NCBI GenBank assembly: GCA_021735165.1
Contig: JAIPHP010000003.1
Location: forward strand, 1,419-65,418
DNA length: 64,000 bases
Direction: 5' to 3'
Source of the DNA: Candidatus Woesearchaeota archaeon
Lineage (GTDB): Archaea; Nanobdellota; Nanobdellia; Woesearchaeales; 21-14-0-10-32-9
Part shown: positions 57,127 to 64,000 of the stretch, piece after piece
Layout of the letters: each line of letters starts with the position of its first letter
Position numbering within the stretch: position 1 is the stretch's first letter
The notes under the pieces: generated by a model
What the model saw: only the letters and a program-made list of their open reading frames with translations
Database searches by the model: none
What the model was told of the DNA's origin: nothing
Translations under genes and position numbers: made by a program

Positions 57127-58443
57127 ATGTTCAAAAAAATATTAGAAAAAATAGCAAGATTCCAAGTAAAGAATCCGTATATTACTGTTCTAATAATCTT
57201 AACAATAACAATAATCTTATTTTCAGGAATGCAAAACGTAAGAACTGTTGCATCCATGGAAAAGATGATGCCTCCTCAAGTAGAAGAAATAAAAGCATTC
57301 AATACCTTGCGCGATAATTATTTAGGGCAAGACATGGTTGCTATTGTTATAAAAGTAGACAGGGAAAGTTCTGCAACAGAAGGCGTAATTGATGTTCGAG
57401 ACAAAAGAGTAACAGAATATGTTCAGTCTTTAAAAAAACTCATAGAAGAATCTCCCGATATAAGACAAGCATACGCTTCTTCTGACATAATAGAATATGC
57501 GATGCAACAGCAAGGAATTGATATGACTATAAGAGAACTTCCCGATAATTATTATGCACAAATACTTTCAAATCAACAGGTAAAAGACCAGCTTTCTAAT
57601 TTTATTAACGATGATTATTCAGTAACTATGATTCTAGCAACAACAGATATTGCTGCAGATGATTCTCGTATGAACCTTCTAGCAACTAAAGTATTGCACG
57701 ATATTGATAGTATGGGAAAACCTCCAGGAGTTGAAATAAAAGTTACAGGAACACCAATAATACAACAAAAACTAGGAGAGCTAATAGCTCAGGATAGAAG
57801 CAACACTCAATGGATATCCACAGGCCTAGTATTTCTAATTACCATGATATTGTTTGGAACATTCACATCAGCCTTAGTTCCAATAATAATAGTAACAATC
57901 AGCGTTAATTGGCTCTATGGGATAATGGGATATACGAACCTTCCAATAAGCACACTTGCTGGTGGCGTTGCAGCAATGGTTATTGGAATAGGGATAGATT
58001 ATTCCATTCATATGATGAACAAATTCAAAAATGAAAGAAAAAAAGGAAATTCAATAGAAGAATCCGCAGTCAAAGCAGTAACGGAAACAGGAACCGCTCT
58101 GACAGGAGCAGCAGTTGCAACTATCTTAGCATTTTTAGCATTTTTACTAGGAGCAATGCCTGAAATGAATCGATTTGGACTATTAATGGCGATAGGTGTT
58201 AGTAGCGCTTTTATTCTTAGTATCTTTGGATTGCCTTCATTGCTTATAATTGAAGAAAAAATAATCCACGCAATAAGAAAAAAACTACACTTTGGAATAG
58301 AAGGAGAATATCAACTTTGCGATGTTAACGAAATACATCCTGAAACACACGAAGAAATTTCTTCAGACAAAGTAAAAAATGAAGAACTAAGAACCATGCT
58401 TAAAGGAAAAAAAATAATAAAGAAAAAAAAGGAATTAAAATGA
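57127..58443 (+). CDS. MMPL/RND family transporter, half 1
   Basis: TM1, large loop, then five TM helices; GIGIDYSIH. Confidence 0.88.
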   Translation: MFKKILEKIARFQVKNPYITVLIILTITIILFSGMQNVRTVASMEKMMPPQVEEIKAFNTLRDNYLGQDMVAIVIKVDRESSATEGVIDVRDKRVTEYVQSLKKLIEESPDIRQAYASSDIIEYAMQQQGIDMTIRELPDNYYAQILSNQQVKDQLSNFINDDYSVTMILATTDIAADDSRMNLLATKVLHDIDSMGKPPGVEIKVTGTPIIQQKLGELIAQDRSNTQWISTGLVFLITMILFGTFTSALVPIIIVTISVNWLYGIMGYTNLPISTLAGGVAAMVIGIGIDYSIHMMNKFKNERKKGNSIEESAVKAVTETGTALTGAAVATILAFLAFLLGAMPEMNRFGLLMAIGVSSAFILSIFGLPSLLIIEEKIIHAIRKKLHFGIEGEYQLCDVNEIHPETHEEISSDKVKNEELRTMLKGKKIIKKKKELK

Positions 58444-59555
58444 ACGAACTTGAGAAACTAGGACAAAAATTAGGAATTGCACAAAGCAAAAAACCAACAC
58501 TATTCCTATTTTTACTAATACTTATTATAATTATAACTTTGCCAGGAATACCTTTACTTTTAGGAAACGTAGAGCCAAGTTTAGAAAAAATACTTCCTCA
58601 GGATGTACAAGAAGTTCAGACTATGAACGATATGCGAGCACAATTTGGAGCAGACATGATGTATGTTCTTGTAAAAGCTCAAGGACCAACTTACGACGTT
58701 CGTGACCCAGACGTTTTAAAATATGTCGACATACTTTCTGAAAGAATAAGAGAAAACGAATATATATTGCAAGTGCGTAATTTACCTGATTTAGTAAAGC
58801 AAGTCAACAACGGAATTATACCAGAATCAAATCAAGATATACAAAAATTAATGAATTTAAATCCTAACACTCCCAGTTTCATAAATCAAGATTATTCCAT
58901 GACAATAATAGAAATAAGAAGCGATACAGGCGCAACATCCGAAACAATAGCACAAGTCGTAGAAGAATTAGAAAACGAATTTATGATTACGCAAGACCAA
59001 AACCCCGGAGTTAGTTTACAAATAACAGGATTTAATTCAATAGATAAAGCAACATTTCAAGTAATAATACAAGACTTTCAATACATAACAGGATTTTCAT
59101 TTCTCTTCATGCTAATATTCCTAGGATTTTATTTTAAATCTATCAAAAAAATAATTGCATCTGTAGTTGTGATAATGACTGCAGTGATAATAACCTTGGG
59201 AATAACAGGATATTTAGGCCTAACTATAACTGTAGTAACGATGGTAGCAGCCGCAATGATAATGGCTCTTGGAATAAGCTATGGGATAAACGTAACGGTA
59301 GAATACTATTTACTAAGAAAACAACACAATAAAGAAAAAATTCTACCAGAACTAAATAAAAACATGATAAGAGCGCTAATCGGCAGTTCTTTAACAACAA
59401 GCGCAGGATTTTTAGCATTATTATTTGGAATAATACCTGCAATGAAAACTTTAGGAATAGTTCTTGCAATAGGTATATCAATAACGCTACTCATTAGCAT
59501 ACTATTCCTTCCTGTGATATTAATACTACAAGATAAAAAATACGAGGTAAAATAA
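58440..59555 (+). CDS. MMPL/RND family transporter, half 2
   Basis: Same topology; ALGISYGIN, TTSAGFLAL; ATGA overlap. Confidence 0.85.
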   Translation: MNELEKLGQKLGIAQSKKPTLFLFLLILIIIITLPGIPLLLGNVEPSLEKILPQDVQEVQTMNDMRAQFGADMMYVLVKAQGPTYDVRDPDVLKYVDILSERIRENEYILQVRNLPDLVKQVNNGIIPESNQDIQKLMNLNPNTPSFINQDYSMTIIEIRSDTGATSETIAQVVEELENEFMITQDQNPGVSLQITGFNSIDKATFQVIIQDFQYITGFSFLFMLIFLGFYFKSIKKIIASVVVIMTAVIITLGITGYLGLTITVVTMVAAAMIMALGISYGINVTVEYYLLRKQHNKEKILPELNKNMIRALIGSSLTTSAGFLALLFGIIPAMKTLGIVLAIGISITLLISILFLPVILILQDKKYEVK

Positions 59556-59557
59556 AA

Positions 59558-60823
59558 ATGAAAAAAACAATACAAATACTAATAATTGGAATGTTGATGG
59601 TTATAATGACTCAAGTAGTGAGCGCCAATCTAATATTGGACTCTGTACAATTTGATCCTCCAATAATAACATCTGGAGACCAAGTAGATTTATACGTTCA
59701 ATACCACGATGAAATAGATGCAGATGACGATAGAACAAACAACCCAGACTACGAATTTAAAGTAGTTTTAGATTCTGCAGATACAATAACAAAAGAATAT
59801 GTTACTATATTTGATGCGGATGGAGACGATCAGGCAAACAAAATAATTGCAGGCGCTTATTATTACAAAAAATACAGACTAAAAATAAACCAAAACGCAC
59901 CAGCAGGAACATACCAATTTAAACTTTCAGGACAATGGTATTACAAAGGAAACCCAGAAAATACAGTAAGAGAAAGAACATTTCTTATGACTGTAAAAAA
60001 AGAAGGCATAATAATGAATGTAGCTCAATTGAGAACGGAACCCGCAGAAGTAAGACCAGGAGACAATTACGTTAAAATCGTATCTGTAATAGAAAACTCT
60101 GGAGAAAAATCCGCTAAAAGCATAGAAGTTAATTTAGAATTGCCTCCAGACATAACAGCATCATACACAGACAACAACAGACAGTATATTGGCATTTTAG
60201 CACCTGGAGAGAGCAAAGAAATAAACTTCTTTGTAGACATAGATAACTACGCAAAAACACAAATATACAAAGTAAACTACAACTTTCAATACATGGACTT
60301 AGACAATAACAAATATGAAAAAGAACAACAAACACCATTTTACGTAAAACCAAGACCTTACTTAGATATTACAAAAACAGAAGGAAGCGGCTTAGCAGGA
60401 ACAACCTCAAACCTAAAAATATACGTCAAAAATACAGGAACAGAATCAGCAGAAAGCGTAGATGTAAGAATAGTAAAACAAAATTCGCAACCATTCAACT
60501 TTGATGTAAGATCAGACTACATAGGAGAACTGGAACCTGGCGAAGAAGGAATTGCAATAATCCCGGTAAGCATAACAAGCGATGCAGAAATCAAAACGCA
60601 TGATTTTAAAGTAATGATAAGAAGCAAAGGAGACAGCGATGAAGGAGATGACAACATCTACACATACAACAGAAGAGCAAGTTTTGAAGTCACAGGAACA
60701 AAGCCAGACTACACAACTCCAATAGGCATAGCAATACTAGCAATAATCGTTTTGTTCCTAATAAGCAGAGCAATAGTAAAGAACAACAACAGCAAAGCAA
60801 ACAGAGCAAAGAACAAGAAGTGA
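59558..60823 (+). CDS. COG1361 S-layer-like / CARDB-repeat surface protein
   Basis: Signal peptide, repeated ENSG/KNTG and IG.L.PGE motifs, C-terminal TM. Confidence 0.8.
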   Translation: MKKTIQILIIGMLMVIMTQVVSANLILDSVQFDPPIITSGDQVDLYVQYHDEIDADDDRTNNPDYEFKVVLDSADTITKEYVTIFDADGDDQANKIIAGAYYYKKYRLKINQNAPAGTYQFKLSGQWYYKGNPENTVRERTFLMTVKKEGIIMNVAQLRTEPAEVRPGDNYVKIVSVIENSGEKSAKSIEVNLELPPDITASYTDNNRQYIGILAPGESKEINFFVDIDNYAKTQIYKVNYNFQYMDLDNNKYEKEQQTPFYVKPRPYLDITKTEGSGLAGTTSNLKIYVKNTGTESAESVDVRIVKQNSQPFNFDVRSDYIGELEPGEEGIAIIPVSITSDAEIKTHDFKVMIRSKGDSDEGDDNIYTYNRRASFEVTGTKPDYTTPIGIAILAIIVLFLISRAIVKNNNSKANRAKNKK

Positions 60824-60939
60824 AATAAAATAACAGTCGCCTTGGTGAAAATTTGAGGAAAGCATAACGCGAATGCGTTAAAGCTTTTGCTTTCCGGTTC
60901 AGTTTTGTAGTCCATAGGACACAACAATCACCGCGACGT

Positions 60940-61146
60940 ATGAGGTGTAATAAAATGATGAAGAAAAAAAACTTAATGCGTTTAATCATAGGTTTACTAG
61001 TAACGCTAAGCGCAGTACTAACATACCTATTCAGCCCATGGTGGCTCATCCTAACGCTATTTGTAGGATTAAACCTAATCCAATTCTCATTCACGAATTG
61101 GTGTTTAATGGAAGTAATTCTGGAGAAGATTGGTATAAAAGATTAA
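60940..61146 (+). CDS. DUF2892/YgaP-like membrane protein (start probably the ATG at 60955 or 60958)
   Basis: FVGLNLIQFSFTNWCLM. Confidence 0.8.
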   Translation: MRCNKMMKKKNLMRLIIGLLVTLSAVLTYLFSPWWLILTLFVGLNLIQFSFTNWCLMEVILEKIGIKD

Positions 61147-61458
61147 TTTTTCTTTTATTATATCGTGTGTGTCTAAAAGTAGTTTTGCAACGTGTTTTCT
61201 ACTATTTCTTAACTTATTAACTCTTAAAAAATAATAAATTAGACTTAAAAAATAGATTAGTAAAAATAATATTGTGGTGCACAAATAATATTTCTCAGAT
61301 ATTATGTTCATTATAGATATGTAAATAGATACTATGCCTATTGAAAGGGTCACTATTATTGTTATAAAAAGACTGATATCTGAATTTATGCTATCGAGAT
61401 TTATTTGATTTAGTTTGAAAGTATACTACGTAGATTTTATTTCATTTTCTTTTTTCAT

Positions 61459-61968
61459 TTAATGCCATACTCCTATTATATTTTTTCTTCTTCTGAATCT
61501 GAATGTTCCAAATGCACCTATTATTGCTAATGCTAAAAGGAATAACACTAATACCCATTCTGAAAAAGTTGTGCCTGGTGTTATTAACATCGCAAAACCG
61601 AATATGATTAGTATGTATATTGATATTATTGAAGCTATTGCAGATATTATTCTTAATATCCATATGTTTAAATCTGACATTAAGTTTAATCTGTTTATTT
61701 TTTTAAGAACTAACCAAGTAGTTTTTCCAAATAAGTATAAAGAAGCTATTACAAACAACCAAATCAATGGAATATTAAATGTACTAAGTTCTTTATTAAA
61801 ATAATAATCTATAACTAAACTGGCCACTAAAAATATTAATGAATATAAGATGTATTTATTGGTATATCTGATTTTTTTCTTTCTTTTAAACTTCTGTTTT
61901 GTTTTGTGAAAATTTTTTTCGGGTTTATTTTTATGAGGGTTTCTTCGATTATGGTTTTTTCTTCTCAT
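61459..61968 (-). CDS. 4-TM membrane protein with basic N-terminus
   Basis: Hydropathy pattern. Confidence 0.65.
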   Translation of the reverse strand: MRRKNHNRRNPHKNKPEKNFHKTKQKFKRKKKIRYTNKYILYSLIFLVASLVIDYYFNKELSTFNIPLIWLFVIASLYLFGKTTWLVLKKINRLNLMSDLNIWILRIISAIASIISIYILIIFGFAMLITPGTTFSEWVLVLFLLALAIIGAFGTFRFRRRKNIIGVWH

Positions 61969-62026
61969 AATTGTTAATTTGCTTATTCTCTTTATATATT
62001 TTCTTTGAAATTCTGATAATATTTAT

Positions 62027-62557
62027 ATGCTGATATTGTTAAATATGTTATTATTGGTGGTTACTTTGCAAAAAAAGATATCTGGACATTATTTCTTGAC
62101 AAGGATTTATAATCATATTTTTCAAGAGTTTATTTCTAAATATGATGATTCTAAGGTTGTCGGATATACGCATAGTACTACAAAGGAATTTGATACTAAA
62201 TCATATGGAAAATATTATTTTTTAACTCAAAAAATTATTGATTATAGAAATAATATTTTGAACATGGAGTCTATTTCTGAAGAAAACATTGTTTTGGTAT
62301 TAAAATATATTATTTCTTTATATTTTGAACATGACAGACCTTTTGATTTAGAAAAACCACTTAAAGAATTATTATCATATTCTAATCAAGAATTTAATGT
62401 AGATTTATATGATTTTTTTGAACAAGAAAATTTGATTTACGAACGAGAACTGCAAAGAAGACTGGAAGAGAAACGGCTAAGGGAAGAAAGAGAAAAACCA
62501 TTTTTTAAGAAATTAGGAAGTAAAATAAGTTCTTTATTTAAAAAAGAAAAGAGATAA
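62027..62557 (+). CDS. hypothetical protein (start uncertain)
   Basis: 176-aa ORF. Confidence 0.5.
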   Translation: MLILLNMLLLVVTLQKKISGHYFLTRIYNHIFQEFISKYDDSKVVGYTHSTTKEFDTKSYGKYYFLTQKIIDYRNNILNMESISEENIVLVLKYIISLYFEHDRPFDLEKPLKELLSYSNQEFNVDLYDFFEQENLIYERELQRRLEEKRLREEREKPFFKKLGSKISSLFKKEKR

Positions 62558-62583
62558 TCTTTAAATAATTCATTTCATTTCCA

Positions 62584-63120
62584 TTGTTTATCATGGATGT
62601 GGATATTGATATCGAGATTATTATGGGCGATATAACTAAGCTTAACGTTGATGCTATTGTTAATGCTGCTAATAGTTCTCTTTATGGCGGTGGAGGAGTT
62701 GATGGGGCGATTCATAGAGCTGCTGGCGAGGGTCTTCTTCGGGAATGCGAACGAATAAGAAGTAAACCTGAATATGTTGACGGCCTTGATACAGGGCAGG
62801 CAGTTATTACAAAAGGTTATAATCTTCCTGCAAAACACGTTATTCATACTGTTGGTCCTATTTATGATGCTGTTCCTAATCCTGCTGAACTTCTTGCTAA
62901 TTCTTATTGGAATTCTTTAAAATTGGCTGAAGAAAATAAGCTGAAATCAATTGCGTTTCCTGCTATAAGCACGGGTGTTTTTGGTTATCCTAAGGAAGAA
63001 GCTTTAATGATAGTGGATAATGTTATTAGTGCTTTTGATTATAATTCAATTAAGAAAGTTATTTTGTGTTATTTCTCAGAGGAAGATAGGGTTTTAGCTG
63101 AAAAAGAATTCGATAAATAA
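62584..63120 (+). CDS. macrodomain protein (O-acetyl-ADP-ribose deacetylase, YmdB-like)
   Basis: GDIT, AIVNAAN, GGGVDGAIHRAAG, HTVGP, FPAISTGVFGYP. Confidence 0.95.
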   Translation: MFIMDVDIDIEIIMGDITKLNVDAIVNAANSSLYGGGGVDGAIHRAAGEGLLRECERIRSKPEYVDGLDTGQAVITKGYNLPAKHVIHTVGPIYDAVPNPAELLANSYWNSLKLAEENKLKSIAFPAISTGVFGYPKEEALMIVDNVISAFDYNSIKKVILCYFSEEDRVLAEKEFDK

Positions 63121-63534
63121 TCATATTGTAAGAACGATTAGATTGGTATTCCCAAGATTTGTTTTTTTAATAACTTCTCTTTGTTCAAGGACTTTGAGGA
63201 TTCTGCTAATCTTGACTTTGTTGTATCCACTTAGAGCTACAAGTTTATTTTGCTCTATGCTTCCTTTGTTATCAAGTAAAATTCGAACAACTCTTCGCTC
63301 TTCACCTGGCAGTATTTTTAGAACTTTTCTTAACTGCAAATCGTTTAGTTTCCACTGAAATAAAACAACGAGTGCGCCTCCAAGAATTATAGAGACAAAG
63401 CTTATTCCGTAAACAATTAAAGGCAACGTGCTACTTTCTTCGGAGTAATATATTCCGTTAACTACTGAAAAAGCAACTCCTAATAAAAACACGAGTGCTA
63501 ATGCAATTATGAGTTTTTTTGGACTTATCTCCAT
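63121..63534 (-). CDS. membrane-anchored wHTH regulator
   Basis: Two TM helices, then GSIEQNKL...NKVKISRIL..LEQR...GNTN; same architecture as 46317-46862. Confidence 0.8.
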   Translation of the reverse strand: MEISPKKLIIALALVFLLGVAFSVVNGIYYSEESSTLPLIVYGISFVSIILGGALVVLFQWKLNDLQLRKVLKILPGEERRVVRILLDNKGSIEQNKLVALSGYNKVKISRILKVLEQREVIKKTNLGNTNLIVLTI

Positions 63535-63538
63535 AGTA

Positions 63539-63811
63539 TCATTTCTTTCTTGGTTTTGGTTCTGAGACTTCTTTCATAAGATCTTCATATTCTTTTTTAT
63601 TGATCTCGCCTAAAGCTAGTCTTCTTTTCAGAATCTGTTGAGGAGTTTCTGTTGTGGTGGGTTTTTGTTCGATTCTCTGATTTTTAAGAAGCCAGAATAC
63701 CACTAAAAAGAACAATATGAATATTACTACTTGTATGATCCATCCATAACCCATGAATCCAATTCCCGAATGCATTCCGCCATATGTTCCTGGCAAAGCC
63801 ATAATTATCAC
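63539..63811 (-). CDS. SHOCT domain membrane protein
   Basis: ILKRRLALGEINKKEYE. Confidence 0.85.
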   Translation of the reverse strand: MIIMALPGTYGGMHSGIGFMGYGWIIQVVIFILFFLVVFWLLKNQRIEQKPTTTETPQQILKRRLALGEINKKEYEDLMKEVSEPKPRKK

Positions 63812-63901
63812 CTTTTATAGTTTTAGAATAGTTTATTCTTTTTTATTATTTGTTAATTTTTATCTTTTTTAAAATAAAATAAAAATGAAAAATTAAGTTG
63901 T

Positions 63902-64000
63902 TTATTGAAGCATTGGACATCCGCCAAAGCCAGCACCTTGACCTTTGAATCCTTGTCCTGAATGCATGCCTCTACCTTGTCCATTTCCTAAACCTTGACC
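63902..64000 (-). CDS. C-terminal fragment of a Gly-rich protein
   Basis: GQGLGNGQGRGMHSGQGFKGQGAGFGGCPMLQ-stop; continues beyond the window. Confidence 0.6.
   Translation of the reverse strand, partial: GQGLGNGQGRGMHSGQGFKGQGAGFGGCPMLQ

Noticed and set aside
700-63358. Many short Phe/Leu-rich ORFs antisense to real genes (e.g. 700-975, 1668-2048, 3125-3517, 47771-48217)
   Set aside because: Shadow ORFs produced by the strong A-rich coding-strand bias; they overlap well-supported genes.

Overview
AT-rich archaeal chromosome segment. PCNA, a tRNA intron with a bulge-helix-bulge (BHB) motif, archaeal RNase J/beta-CASP, TrmB and Hjc show it is archaeal; the gene content suggests a DPANN, Woesearchaeota-like lineage (inference). 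The main structure is a ~23.6 kb integrated element bounded by a perfect 25-bp direct repeat of the PCNA 3' end (17032-17056 and 40642-40666). It carries an MCM-like helicase module and a ~15 kb CARF-HTH-led defence operon (Bro-N, RecB/Cas4-like nuclease, RhuM, type I R-M with three inserted membrane genes, ASCH, a QatC/QueC-like protein with a QatB-like N-terminus), plus radC. I could not recognise any tyrosine or serine recombinase, transposase or Cas1 in it. The end where an integrase usually sits instead holds a coupled operon: multi-wHTH + PD-(D/E)XK nuclease, Holliday junction resolvase, ATP-dependent ligase and an RHH protein. This is a candidate integrase-independent integration system. 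Upstream of PCNA is a divergent pair: a PolB-like protein with eroded polymerase motifs and a large Cas4/RecB-like nuclease. Also present are tRNA-Leu(CAA) with a 145-nt intron, hairpin-rich repeats with compensatory changes, duplicated gene 3' ends at a ferredoxin and around rhuM, a copper cluster and ordinary transport/housekeeping genes. All protein calls come from motif recognition by eye; no searches were run.
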